Of a stretch of DNA of 64,000 nucleotides, positions 1 through 13,879 are shown in pieces. A program made the position numbers and the translations under genes. Positions within the stretch are counted from its first letter, which is position 1; the number at the start of each line of letters is the position of its first letter. The notes under the pieces are model-generated. The model saw only the letters and a program-made list of their open reading frames with translations. It ran no database searches and had not been told where the DNA came from. The stretch is from Octopus sinensis (Eukaryota), in assembly GCF_006345805.1 (NCBI RefSeq), contig NC_042999.1, positions 121,768,001 through 121,832,000 of the forward strand, written 5' to 3'.

Positions 1-3000
1 ATCAGTCCGGAAATGCTATTTTTCAGTCAATTATTGCATATCATTTATGGGCCTTAAAACATTATTACTAAGACTGTGCAAGGCTACCCACAGAAATGGT
101 AGTGACGAACTACACACATTCCTTATATATCTTTTCGAAACATTTCCTAACAATGGATCATGGGAATTGTTTTATGATTAGTACAGCTCAGGAATTTATC
201 TACAAAGGTTCACATTGGATATGAAAAGGGTGTACTTCAAATTATTGTAATTAATGATGTGAGATCATAGTTCTCTTCGATAGCATTTATAGTTCTCTTG
301 GGAACTCTACTGAAATCATTCCTATTCAATACATAGTGCTTGTCATTTTATAAATTTCATCAAGAAACTTGGTTTGATTGCTGTGTATATAATCATTATG
401 CCCTTAAGTAATTCCACATCTCTTCAATATACTACACTTAAAACAGATTTGCTAGCCATTAGAAACAACCTCAGCAACTGCGTGATTGACTGCTACCTTT
501 AACTAAACATTGCTAAATCAGAAATTTTAATTTTAGCTGTTATTAAATGTGGTAAGTTGATTATTAAAACAATCTAATTCATAGCAAAATTACCTATCAA
601 GAAGCAAACGCCTTTGTGTTATATCACATTAATAAACAATAAATAAATAAACATTTACACTAGACGAATGCTTGAATCATAACCAGCAATCCAACCAGCT
701 CATCATCCATTATTACTATTCTATACAGAAGCTGAGTAAAATATTTAGGAAATTCCTTAGTGTTAATCTGTCTATAGTTACTATCAATAATTGTTTCCAA
801 AATTTGACAGTTGTGATTTTCTTCCTTCTTCAGTATTCTATAAATTTCTCAGAGAAAAAGACCCTTCAAAACTATTAGGTTCTTGGCTATATTATACTGG
901 TTATCAGTTAAAATTCATATACTTCAAAAAAATTTTCTGATGTTTCTAATTTAATTTTTTGACTTCTTTTATGACTTCAAATTCACTCTAAGAATATGGT
1001 TCCACTACTAAAAGATCACAGACTAGACTAAAAGGAGTGTATTTTTCTAATGAAAAAATATTTTCTAAATTTAAGTTGATATACATTTAACATTTTAACA
1101 ATACTATTAAACAAAACTAAGTTATCAAGCTAACAGTACTATTAAACTAAACATTACTATTGAACTAAACTAATCATTGATTGGCAAAAAGATTGATGGC
1201 TGCATAATATAAATGGATAATGTTCATTATCATTAACAGTTATTAATAAAAATATGAGTACTGATTAAATATCTCACCAGACTTAAATGTATATTCTTCA
1301 TTTCAATAATTATTTATCTCTCCATATAGAATATCAAATATATATTCAATAAAAATTAACTTCAATACACATTTTTATAATTTAAAATGTAGCTTATCTT
1401 TGTGCATGATTTACCATTTAATATATAAAATTCATCACAATGCATGATATATTTGGTAATAAGCCAAGGAAAATGAAAACTTTTTGAAAATTTGTACTTT
1501 AATTCAATGTAGTTGCTCCATGAAATATATCAAGTTCATAATATATTAATTTAATACAAGAATCTTTAGCAGTTTCTCATAAACTAATAAGTGAATACCT
1601 ATCACACGCACACACACACACAGACGTTAGTGCATGTGTGTATGAGAGCATGTATGTGTATGCATGCATTGCAGCAGAATGACAAATGTGGATGAGATCT
1701 ATAAGCATAGAGATTCACCATATTGATGAAAAGAAGTGCTTAGCTATGGCAGGAGAGTTATGAAGCTAATGCACATAAACAGCATGCAAGATAATTGGAT
1801 AAAGAAATCTATTGTGGATTCTATTATGAAAAGCAGAACCAGCCAGGCTAAAATTCCTGCTGAGAGCAGTGTATGATTTACTTCAGTCCCTGGCCAATAA
1901 TAGACAGCAGGTTTGTAGCAACACTGCTGAATGTCATCAGTGTGAAAATTATTTATCCTTAGAAAATGTTTTAGTGGCATGTTAGTCATCTCCTTCAAAC
2001 TATGCCTGGTAACATTAATCCCAAATCCTGAATCTTCTTGCTATTGCACAAAGCAACAAAACAGCATCAAAATAGTGAGCATCAACCTCCAGTTTCACCT
2101 TGAAGTTTTTCATGAGGGTTAGAAAGGACAATGTAGGAGTGTAAACAAAGCAAAGCTGATGCCTAGATTTTTGCATAGTGCTAATGACTATAAGATGCAG
2201 ATTCAAAGAAACTCAAATTTCCAAGCCATATTGCAGTGGCCTGGCTTCACGACAAAGTCCATTTTGACAAAAACATTTCTGATTGTTGAGTTAATATGGA
2301 GTGGACACATTAAAGATAAAGCTTAAAATATGAAAGATTAATCGAACAAGGTGAGACATGAGCTTGGCAGTGTACAGGACTTTAAGAAGAGGTGAGATAT
2401 TATGGGTTTATGACTAGATCCACTATTTCCTATTTGGCTGAAATTGGACATAGGAAGATGCAAAGCAGTACTTGATCATGGATATGGCAGAAAGTAAAGA
2501 ATAAATCATCAGTGAGTAGTAAATAAAAATTCTTAGTTGGGATGATGGTGATACTTGCATCATGCTTAGTGTGATGATTGTAAGGATGGTGAAGGAGAAG
2601 CAGGCCACAGTTTGGACCCAAATGTGGTGGACATTCCTTGGTAGCATCAATGTTGCTTTGTAACACTGGATGGAGTTACACTAACAAACATTTCAACAAT
2701 GGAAATTGCTGAAACTGGTGTTGTTATGTAACTGCCTAGATGATTAAAAATGTAGTATATGCAACTGAGGCAGCAAGTCCATGAGACATATTAATCTAAG
2801 AACAAATATTTCAGTAACTAGCCTATCAACAATGTGTAAACATTAAGTATTCTATTAGATGGATTTTATGATTAAATACTATCTTACCAGACAGAGATAT
2901 GTGTATGAGTATTTATACACAAATATATGTGCACACATACAAGATGTTTCTAAAATTATTCGTACTCTATTATCTTGTTTCTTTTAGCCAGTGAGTTGTA

Positions 3001-4062
3001 ACCATGCTGGGTTTGGGGCCCCATTATTAATACTTCTAGAAAATTCTTTCTATCTGTGATATTACATGAACGAAGAGTTTTAAAGGATAAGTAATGATTT
3101 TTAGTAACCAAAGATGCTGTGCATGTGCACAAGGAGTGTAACCACCACATGTTCTATAATTGTTTATTTTCATAACAGAAGGAATTCAATTCTAGAACGA
3201 TGACCGCAGCTTAAAACCTTTCCTATGTAAAGAAAGAGATACAAGAAAGATGATTTATTTTATAAAATCCTAGAGTGTATTGCAAACTTTCGTACTTGAA
3301 TTTTTTAGCTAATAAATGTTTGTTTTGAACAATGTTTTGACTGTTATTTCTAGCAACTTCTGTTGGTTTGTTCGTATTCGTAGTTTTTAAATATTTAATT
3401 TCCTTGTGAATGTTTTCATGCTTTTCATTGTTTACTGTAGCTAGTTTAATGTTTTGCCGTGCTGCCCCCCCCCCCCCCACCTATGATGGAAGAGGCAGTG
3501 AACACGCTATTTTCTGATTGGATGAAAATTCTGAAAATTATCAAACTTTGAACACTTGTAACATTTTTGCAAAATTTTTCTGGAATAGATAAATAACAAT
3601 TTGGATTCAGCGTCAAAATTTACGTCTATATGATACATTAAAAAATGTTTTTAAAGATAATTGTAAACAGTGATGAAAACCACAAAGATCCACCAAATGC
3701 ATTCTTTCAGTTGACTTGATGCTATATGTTTGTATGTAGTTCTACCATAGTGCTGTCAACACCAAATGTTAGTAAATGATAACAGATTTAATTACTATAT
3801 TCTTCTGTAGATCTGGTGTTTCAATGTTAAGCAGTTTTTTACATAATGATGATTATGTAGCATACAAATGTATGCTATAGAAACACAAGTAGAAATTACA
3901 TAATTTATGATGTTATAATAAAAAAAATTAAATTCACCACCCTTCTAGTCTTTTATATGCACAAGCCTTTTTGTATATAAATATGAACATACTGACATAC
4001 ATTTGCATAAATATTGTAAATAATGTATGTATACATAGATACTTGTTTGTATGTGAATATAT

Positions 4063-4065
4063 ATA

Positions 4066-4117
<52 letters not shown>

Positions 4118-4155
4118 TATACATACATGCATATACACACACACACACACACATA

Positions 4156-4214
<59 letters not shown>
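4063..4214. repeat. Compound (TA)n/(CA)n microsatellite
   Basis: Directly visible dinucleotide array; source of the YIYI/THTH pseudo-ORFs at 3934-4280. Confidence 0.97.
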
Positions 4215-4220
<6 letters not shown>

Positions 4221-4307
4221 TATTCGAGACAAAACCACTATTTTGCAAAACAAACAAGGAAAGACTTAATTAATACATAAAATTTTAATAAATAGTCAAA
4301 AAAACCG

Positions 4308-4350
4308 CCACTACAATCGTTTCTTGTCTTGATCGACAATCTTCAGGTGG
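4308..4350 (-). ncRNA. Minimal type I hammerhead ribozyme motif (Penelope-like-element type)
   Basis: Minus strand reads CCAC-CTGAAGA-TTGTC-gatcaa-GACAA-GAA-AC-gatt-GT-A-GTGG: full catalytic core (CUGANGA, GAAA, GUA cleavage triplet), 4-bp stem I, perfect 5-bp stem II, 2-bp stem III whose ACGATTGT is one base from the palindrome ACGATCGT. Activity untested. Confidence 0.7.
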
Positions 4351-4402
4351 ACATCCAATAATTCAGTGTCAAATTATGAAGTTATATATATATATATATA
4401 TG

Positions 4403-4600
4403 GTTTTAAATTTTGGCACACACCTGGCCAATTATACTGATCCTCAATATTCAATTGGTACTCATTTTATCAACTCCCCAAAGGAATGAAACATAAAATT
4501 AACCTTGGCAAAATTTGAACTCAGAATATAAAGACAGACGAAATGCCACTAAGCAATTTGTCTGACATGCTTGCAATTCTACTAGTTCGTTGCCTTGTGT
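4403..4600. mobile_element. SINE-like interspersed repeat (partial relative at ~56490-56610)
   Basis: Shared motif 'ttggtactc/tatttt...aaagt(t)gacct..gg..aatttgaa' in both places; resembles abundant cephalopod SINE-like repeats (from recall). Confidence 0.6.
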
Positions 4601-4602
4601 GT

Positions 4603-4647
<45 letters not shown>

Positions 4648-4783
4648 ATATATAAATGTGACTAGGATGTTACGAAACACCTGCATAGCTAGAAATAAAA
4701 GCTAAACCACTCTAATGCTGTATTTAACAGACATGAATAAAAGCATATACACTAACAGAGACCATAATCATCCGAAAAGTGTT

Positions 4784-4860
4784 GAACACAAATTCTTAAT
4801 ACTGACACATCAGTTTCAGTAATTTCTGTTGCCTCATCAGTTAAGACATCTTGATTGTTC
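4784..4860 (-). ncRNA. Type I hammerhead ribozyme, core intact
   Basis: Minus strand (core 4794-4846): TCTTAA-CTGATGA-GGCAA-cagaaa-TTACT-GAA-ACTGA-tgtg-TCAGT-A-TTAAGA. Stem I 6 bp plus distal GAACA/TGTTC helix, stem III 5 bp perfect, stem II 4 of 5 pairs (one G.U, one C-A mismatch). GUA triplet, predicted cut between 4800 and 4799. Confidence 0.8.
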
Positions 4861-5141
4861 TGCTCTTTCCGGACTGACTTCGCCATCAGTATTTATGTTT
4901 CCATCAACCAAATAATTGGATGATTTAGCGATTCGCTAATGTGTATATATATAAAATTAATATAAACAGCAGTTATCAATGTTTCACCAAAAAGGAGAAT
5001 TACGAATGTCACTAAATGTGACTAGGGTGTTAGGAAACACCTGCATTGCTAGAAGTAAGAGCTAAACCACTGTAATGCACATGAATGAAAACAAATATGC
5101 TAACAGGGACCATAATCATCCGAAAAATGCTGATCGAGAAT

Positions 5142-5193
5142 TCTTAATTCTGATGTGTCAGTTACGGTCATTTCTGTTGCTTCATCAGTAAGA
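5142..5193 (-). pseudogene. Degenerate hammerhead copy
   Basis: Minus strand TCTTA-CTGATGA-AGCAA-cagaaa-TGACC-GTA-ACTGA-caca-TCAGA-A-TTAAGA. The GAAA core is mutated to GTAA and U16.1 to A, so it is predicted inactive. Confidence 0.7.
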
Positions 5194-5393
5194 CAGGTCA
5201 ATTGGTCAGCTCTTTCCAGACTTGCTTCGTCATTAATGGAAATAAAAGAACTGAAGGTTGTGTCTCAGCATGGCCAAAATTCAATGATTGAAACAATTAA
5301 ATAAGTACAACACACATACATTTCAAGTAAATATTTGAACACATAAAAGTCATGCATGCATAGAAGATGGACGTTAAGCCATGAGGATGATGA

Positions 5394-5433
<40 letters not shown>

Positions 5434-8389
5434 GTATTTGTGTATGTGTATGTTGAAGTTCTTGTACATACATACATTATATATATACACACACACACAC
5501 ATACACACACATATATATCTGAGTGTGTAAAGGTACAAACACACACATGAGCTCACACACATGTGCACAGACACATGCACACACAAAGAGAACTTTCAAA
5601 AGAATTATTGTTTCTAGTATGTCAAGAACAGAACTTGAGTCTGCATAAAACATTGTGTATGTTCTGAACAATAAGAAAATCAAAAATGCAATTGTTTCCA
5701 GCATGTCAAGAGCAGACGACATGATGAGAAGCTATTGTCTCCATCTTATTTGAGTTCAGTAGAGCAGAGAGAACAAAAATGAAAACACTATGAGGAAATC
5801 TTTGTAAGATTGGTTTGTTGTTAAATGGTGTCATGATAAGGCATGTTATGCACAACTCCAAATAAGATGAATGAATGAGATTATTTGCTGCTGGATTGTA
5901 ATCAATAGTAGTGAAGCTGTATCCTGAACTCAAGATCTCATGCGCTACAGTTGGTGGTTAGTTCTTAAAAGTTAGAGGTAGGTAGTTATAAAACCAATCT
6001 GTATGTTATTGTCAAATTGTCAAAAACAAACAAAAAAAATGACAAAAGGTCTGAGGAGATACAACTTTCTAATATATATAAACAGCATGGTGAATTTTTG
6101 GATCAGGCCAGGGCATGCATCTACCTAATGATTTAGTTGTGTTTTCTGACAGTTTGTGATCGGTCAATATCTACAAAAGTGTATTTCTCATATGCCAAAA
6201 AAGCAAACTATGAAAAATCAATACACAACTGGTGAAATTGAAGATTATGAGATCAAAATAATAATAATAATAATGTAGATATTATACTACGCACATATGT
6301 ACATATATGTGTAGCATACACACACGTACGCATGCACACACACACACACACACATGTACATACATGTGTATGTGTGTGTATGTGTACATACACACACACA
6401 TACCACACAACATTATTCAAAGATGAGACTCACTGAGAGATTCTTTTTCCAAATATTCAAGGGAATGAACTAATGAGTGGGGTTCCTGCATTGCAAATTG
6501 ATAAACTCATTTCTGCAGTTTATTATTCTCATGGAAACAGACAGATGTATCTTCTGATATATCAGCATTGGAGGATTCCCATTGATTAAAATTATATAAT
6601 TTTAAATGCTTATATCTGTTTTATTGTTAATTTCTAAGGAAAATTAATGTAATTTTTATCACCACTATGCAAAACTACATCAGTTTAGAAAATCTAGAAA
6701 ACATCTGGTGAAAATTTGTAATAATTTAAATGACTGGAGGAAATTTTAAAACATACCTAAACTTTAAACTATATGGTTGGAAAATGAACTTCTTAATCAC
6801 ACAGCTGTTTCTAATATGGTTACTGTTATTGCATCATAGCCATGATAGGGCACCCAATTCAATTGATTATATCTATCCAAATAAGGTGTTTTGTAACTTT
6901 GTTATTACCATTTTTATGTTCAGCTTTTTCAAAAAAATTTATACTCTCATTGAACTAGAATTTTTCATACTAAAACTGTAGTACTTTGGAAAATAAATCT
7001 AACTGGATAGTAACCTATATCATTTCAATTTTAATTCAAGCAGTTTAATTACTTATGAACTAGCAGAGCTAGAATAGAGTTCTATAATCATATAGTTCTT
7101 AGAGAAGGGTTAGTCAAAGAAAATATGTACTCTGTACATAATAATTTAGAGTGTAATGAAATGAGTTGAGTAGAATGAAGTGTAGTGAGTCTGATTTAGA
7201 GTAGTTTAGACAAAGTAACATGTTCAGAGGTTTATACATTTTTGCAGTTTTGACATCGGAGGCAGAAACAGGGTATAGTTTGTTTATAGGCAGTTGGTTG
7301 GTGAATTGTTTTTGCAAGACTGACTGATGATGTTAAAGAGTTGATTTCGATTGAGTGAATGTTGTGTACATAGTAGATGCACCTTATTAAATAGTGTGCA
7401 ATGTAAGAGCTACTCTCTACCTAATATAATATACTCAAATTGCTTTATCATTTAGTCTGAGGCAGAGGTTTGCTCATAATCTTTGCAAGCTTTTCCAGAC
7501 TAATGAAATAAATTCTGTTGACATTTATCTTCAACTTTTCTTGCTTAATGCCTTCAAGAGTCCTTCTAAGAAAAAGAAATAGTTTCAATGATAGTTGATT
7601 GCAGTTTAAGAAATGACAGATCGAACACTACATTTAGTGAAGTACTTGAAGATAAAGAAAGGCAGTCGCATTCACTGAGCCATAGAAGTTGTAGGGTATG
7701 TGGTAGAAGAGATAGATAGAACAACCAACTATGGACTGTGGTAAATGCCAATCAGCTGGATAACCATTTTATGGGTGTTGCTTAAAATGTTTGTGTGTGT
7801 ATAGTAGCAGCTATTCAGGTCTTAAATTTGTGTTCCAGTTTGGGAATGCTCCTAGAAAATCTTTTTGTATGGTTTGTTTTGTTTCAAACATAGTTGCCCT
7901 TGATTGAGCAAACTTATGTTTAAAGAAAATCGTATCCCTCCATTATATAAAGTGTCTTAGCTTTTTTAAAATGCTTTAGGATGTAGTGAGTGAATTATTT
8001 GGTTAATATTTTTAGCAAGTCACAGGAACACATAGAGGCTCCCTCATTGGATTGATGGTCTAATTTTCTAACTTTTATGATACCAGGTCAATTAATCATG
8101 AAACATGGAAATGACAAATTTGGTACCTAATATATTCACATATAAATGTTCTGATAAGTTACTATTTTTGTTTTATTAGACACCTTCAATCTCTGAAGTG
8201 AATCTCCTTTTCACTTCATCTACCATTGTTTTATCATTAAAACTTACAGAATATTACAAGATATATATTTTTTAGCTAGCTAGAATTAGCTCCCTTATAA
8301 ATATTACCTGTAATACTTTGAAAGCAAACAAAATCCATGCAATGAAGGATTTTGATTACTTATTAGTGTATGTGTACATGTACTAATAC

Positions 8390-8460
<71 letters not shown>

Positions 8461-9049
8461 AGCAATAGGAACAAATATATGTATGTAAATGTGTGTGTGT
8501 GTATGTATATATGTTTATATATATATGTGTGTGTGTGTCTGTGTAGATCTATGTGTATATATATATGTATGTATAAATGGGTGTACATATTCACACACAC
8601 ACATTTATTTTAATATTTATCCTTGGATGCACACAAAAATTGAAATTTATCACATATTTAATTTGATTCTTATATGAAAATTACTCCTGTGCACTTGGAA
8701 GTTAATTAAAATATTTCAATTTTAATTTTTTTCTATTTTTTCATAGGGAATATCATGAAAAGTAAATATCACAAGAAGTTTAACTAATGATATTTTACTA
8801 AAAATAGTAATTTAATTTGTAGTCATGTATCTTTAAAATCTTTTAATTTAATACTTCATTAAATTCAGTAAATGAGGTTCCTGAAATGTTATAATCACTT
8901 AATATTGACAAATGTATGTTTAAATAGAAAAAGGTAAACAATTTCTTTCCTTCGTCTTTTTCGCAGTTAACCTAATACACATTTATTTAAATAAAATACA
9001 CTCCACAACTCCTATAATCTCAGTTCCAGAGGTTGTTGTTTATAGCTAA

Positions 9050-11550
9050 TCTCAGCAGCTCTTCATGTTTAAAACTTAAATGCAATGGTTGTTAATGCTG
9101 ACTATATTTAATGCAGGCATATTCACACTTGGCATGTGACACATATGATGCAGCTTGATGTGATAATATGTGGCTTATATCATCCACTTGATACCTTAAA
9201 TTCTGATGGCAAATTTATAAACAGCCTTTGAATGATATAAGCAGTATGATCAAAACTAGATCAACACATCAACGTACTTCATTTAAGGAACTTTAACTTT
9301 CTTAACATCAAATGGTCTTAAGGCAACCTAATCTCAGGACTTTCACATCATGATCAAAGACAGACAGAATCCTTTCTTTATCTCACCAAAATACTATTTA
9401 TCAAAGCAATAATATTGTACCTATCCAGGAGCAACATTATCTTGGATCTCAATTTCACTAATAACATGATCCACTTTGTGAAGATGACATCAACAATTTC
9501 CTTAGACTATAACACAATAAAACTAATGTGGTGTAACCTAAAATAAGCCAAAGACATATATCAATCAGGAAAGGCCCAAATTCTATCCAGCCTAAATTTC
9601 AACAAAGCTGACAAGAAATTGGTCTGGAAAGAAGTCAAGAAATATAATTAGCCCTTAAGTTTCTCCATACAAGACATTGATATGAAACTTGAAGAATTAC
9701 TGTCAATAAAGTAAGCCATATGCATTAAATTTATGCCCCCACCCCACCAAAAAAATTACACACAAAAACGCTATTCCTAGAGATTGGTAAATTCTTATGA
9801 GATGGATAATTAAGATCACGAATTACTTAAATAAACAACTTCAAAGCAGCAAAGAATCTCATTTAAAAAAAAAGCACTTTCAAAGATTAAAAACAAACTC
9901 AGACTTTTCTATGAAAATTAGAGGGAAGTAAGTCACACGAAAAAATGCAAATAGAAAAGTTTAATGAGTTCTTCAACATATTTAGGAGGCAACCATCAGT
10001 TGCATCATAAAAGAGTGGGGTGTAATATTGGGCATTGATGAGATGAACTCAAACTCAACAAGAAAGCCTCAATTGTTAGCCAGTGATTCTTTTAAAGATA
10101 TGCAAAAAGGTTCTGGCAAAACTACTGCAGATACATTTTCCAGTGCTTGTAGTAATTTTCCTAAAACTCAAAAGAAGGTTTAATATACCCTATCTATAAC
10201 AGGAAAGCTGAGCAAATGCTAAAAATAGTAAGTATATATTTCTGACCTCACACATAAGCAAAATCATGGATCAGATTGTCAGAAAGAGGCTGTTCATATT
10301 CCTAGAAGTAAATGGCTTGCTCACTTACATGCAGTAGGGCTTTTGTTCAGAAAGAAGCTGCCTCATACAGCTACTATAGTATTATGGCTGGGTACTGAAA
10401 CAGCAACTCAACCATTTAAATGTGAATGTGATATATTTCGAATTAACTAAAGCCTTCTATAAAGTTGATAACAGAATGTATCAGTTCTTTAGGTAATAGA
10501 ACTGGGACCACAACTGTTTATGGTGGCTCTCTCAGACATATTCACAGTTGTACAGTTATCCACTCTCACCAGCAATGCTGATGATACCACCAGCTATGCT
10601 GCTGAAGAATCATCTGTAATCAAGAACCTTGAGGATAAGACAAAATTACAGCAAGACCTAAATGCAATATACAAGTGGGTTGAACCAACACAGAACACAG
10701 TTCAATGCTGAAAAATTCCAAGCACTTTACTATCAATCCACAAATAGACTGCAATAAGTAAATACTGGTCTATGAGGTTTGCAATCTTGGAGTCTCGTTT
10801 GATGTGGTATTTGTAAAAGCATATGAAATGGTGTGCTGTTTCATGTGCATATTTCTACAATTGCAACAATGTGCAGGTAATTGGCTGGTTAGATTATGAG
10901 ATCATTCAAAATGAAAAATAGAGGAAATAATGTTGCTTCTGAGGAGAACACTTTTTTATCAGTAATCTGGAATATTGCTCCCAATTATAGTTGCCACCTA
11001 GCATCAAGCTAACAGCAGACCTTGATCAATCCAATATTTCTACATCAAGAAAATTGCTTCAGTGCAACAGATGAGCTATTGGTAAAAGCTGAAAGAAGTG
11101 AGGCATTTCTCCTTAAAGTCAGGCCAAAAATATATGCGGTGAAATATGTGTGTGTGTGGAAGGCCCAAGAGGGCTTAGCACCTAGATTTGCAATTGAAAA
11201 TTATACCAACCCCTGAACTGGATGCTGCTGTATAATACCAAATATTTCAACCTTACCATAAAGAGTAAGACCAATATAATACCAGCTTCAGGGTCAGGAG
11301 CCACAGCTTGCTTATAAAACTTTAATGGTCCATACATGTGGGTGTATTACAAAAAATTTAAATGAATTTTTATCTAAGATATCTCGTGAACCGACATCAC
11401 AGCAGGAAACACAAACAAGTTTGGTGATATTCGATTCCCTCACTCACCAATGGCAAACGTAGAAAGGGCTGTGGAAATTAATAAAACATATTTAAAAAAT
11501 GCCACAATAGTAATGTTCCAACATGGTCACAACCTCTGGCTGGAAAAATT
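9050..11550 (+). mobile_element. Degenerate CR1/L2-clade LINE ORF2 (APE endonuclease + RT)
   Basis: Frame fragments GNFNFLNIKW and NIILDLNFTNN (endonuclease, ~9280-9470), VNVIYFELTKAFYKVDN (~10425-10475), and NADDT...LQQDLNAIYKW...QFNAEKFQAL (ORF 10520-10711 and continuation) match CR1-type RT motifs; many stops and frameshifts. Confidence 0.85.
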
Positions 11551-11832
11551 AAAGTATATTAGCATTTCCAATTTTATCTTTATTTTATATTTATTACTTA
11601 TTTTCTTCAATTTGGTGGTGTCTTCTATTCAACAGCCTCCTATGATTATTGATAGTAATTGGTTTGATCTTATTTGAGAAAATCTGATTTCTTTTTCACT
11701 TTTCAAATGGCACAGTTATATCTGATATTTAACAAAAACACTTGTTTTCCATCCAAATGACTGAGTAATATTTTTAACCAATATTAATGAGCATTAATTA
11801 CACAGACACACACACACACACACATATATTTA

Positions 11833-11990
11833 TATCATCATCATCATTGTTTTACGTCTGTTTTCCATGCTGGCATGGGTTGGATGGTTCGACTGGGTCT
11901 GGGAAGCCAGGAGGCTGCACCAAGCCCCAATCTGATCTGGCAGTGTTTCTGCAGCAGGATGCCCTTCCTAATGCCAACCACTCCACATAA
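11833..11990 (+). mobile_element. SINE-like repeat, (CAT)n...GGATGCCCTTCCTAA family
   Basis: Same family seen at 13880-14020 (+), 41930-42230 (-) and 53985-54230 (-). Confidence 0.8.
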
Positions 11991-13589
11991 TCACAAATAA
12001 TCATTCCCCTCGTTTTGGAGGTCAGAGGTCAGATTTGTACCTATGTAGAACAAACGTGGTTCTTTTTGAGAGTAAGGAGTATATTAATTTACGTAAAATG
12101 TTGTACTATTTTCCTTTCTCCTCTTTTTCAATATCTTCATCACCCCAACCAACCTCACCACTACTGTCATTATTATTTCTGTCTTGCTCTCAAACAAAAC
12201 AGAAAAGAAAAGAGGCCATGAGATGTGATGTCAGATCTCAGGATGCTTGTTCACATCGACATAAACTTAAGGGATTATGCTACTGATGATAAACTTACAC
12301 ATTATTCTTATTTTAAAGAGGCATTTTGAGAGTATATTAAAGTGTTACCATGAAAATTTTTATTTACAATGTATTACTTACATAGTAGTTATTCACATAA
12401 ATCAAGAAAAAAATTGTTTTACTCATACTTAAATCAATGCCACAGAAAACTATTTTCAACTTTAATTGAAACAGTAAGTTGCTGGGTGTTAACTGATTGC
12501 AAGTTAAGTCTTTTCAATAGTGCATCTTAAATATCTAATTAGAGAGAAAACTATAGTAATCATTAAATTTCTAGCTTCAATTTATTTTAAAGCTTAATTA
12601 AATCAAGTAAAGAAGTTTCTTCGAATAGAGTAAATTCATTTCATCAGGCAATCACTTTGTTATTGGAATAATTTAAAATAAGCCAAAGTGTAATCTGATT
12701 ACAAATAGCCCCTAAAGTACTGGGTAATCATCAATATTTTTTAAAATCATTCCAATGCATTGAAGTAGAATCTATCTTTTATGTAGCAACAATTTATAAT
12801 TTTCATTTATTAATTGTTATTTTGGGCTCATATGAGAGATTAATTTATTTATTTTAATTCACTGCAGTGATGCATAAAATGAAATGACTTTTTATAACGC
12901 TTCTATTTCTTTTCATTTAAAGTAAATGTAATCCTTAAATAATATTAAAAGTAATAGAACTAATAACATTTTTCAGTTAATGAACATATATTTCCATATT
13001 TAATATTTGAAAACTATTTTATATTGGTTTTGTCTATGATCTATCAAAGTTGCATCTTTTTTTTTTTTTTCACTTCACTTAGCTCCTTGATTGCAATTTA
13101 ACCAAACTTTCTTTTATATAACATTTCAAGTCTCCAATTCAAGACTTCATTAATTCATAATCACTCAATAAAATAATATATTCAGTTTACAACAAACCAA
13201 ATAATTACATCTGTATGAAAACTAGAATAATACATGTCAAATATCAAGCCAGTTTCAAATTCAAACTGTAACTCATATTCAGATAAGCATCTAGTGCATT
13301 GTACTAATTTCTTAACTCCCAAGAAATCTTCGGTCTTTCAAGCTCATGTAGTTATACCACATTGTATCCAACTACTGATAAATTAATTATTCATTCTACT
13401 TTTGAATGGAAGGAAATTTCTTTATTCGCTTGTGATTATCAATAATAATAATTTTTCCTAAATTTATTGTTATATTTTATACTATATTGCTGTTTGTTCC
13501 ACACCTGGTATTGATTAGACTGGTTTAGGATCTTATAACTTATTCATTTTTAAAGAATTCCAAGAACATATTGTTTTTAATTCACTTAC

Positions 13590-13646
13590 CATTTTTTATT
13601 GACCCAGAAGCTGCCCAAACAATTACTGACATTTTATTTAAATGGT
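13590..13646 (-). CDS. Candidate 57-bp phase 1-1 internal exon, (D)HLNKMSVIVWAASGSIKN(G), unidentified host gene
   Basis: Acceptor cataatttcag|, consensus donor ATG|GTAAGT; only one of three frames is open. No homology recognised. Confidence 0.35.
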
Positions 13647-13801
13647 CTGAAATTATGGCTAATTTATTACGTTATTTCTTTGTGTCACAGTAAATCATTG
13701 CCCAGGTTCCTTTTTTATGTGAGATTAATGATGCTTGTTTTACATAAAATAAATTTTCAAAGAAGCATTACAATTGTTTTTATACTTTTGTATAGTGCGC
13801 G

Positions 13802-13842
<41 letters not shown>

Positions 13843-13879
13843 CATATTGAATAATAAATGTTTTGTGTCCCTAGCCTTC

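Larger units (their letters stand above)
4654..5235 (-). mobile_element. Two diverged direct copies (~4654-4890, ~5013-5235) of a hammerhead-bearing repeat (retrozyme / Penelope pseudo-LTR-like)
   Basis: Both start AAATGTGACTAGG.TGTTA.GAAACACCTGCAT and align through ...CTCTTTCC.GACT; period ~350-360 bp; each holds a hammerhead motif on the minus strand. Confidence 0.75.

Noticed and set aside
1700-2700. Possible RTE endonuclease relic (minus strand; ORFs 1744-2666)
   Set aside because: Only a faint VYTPTL-like resemblance; too degraded to support a call.
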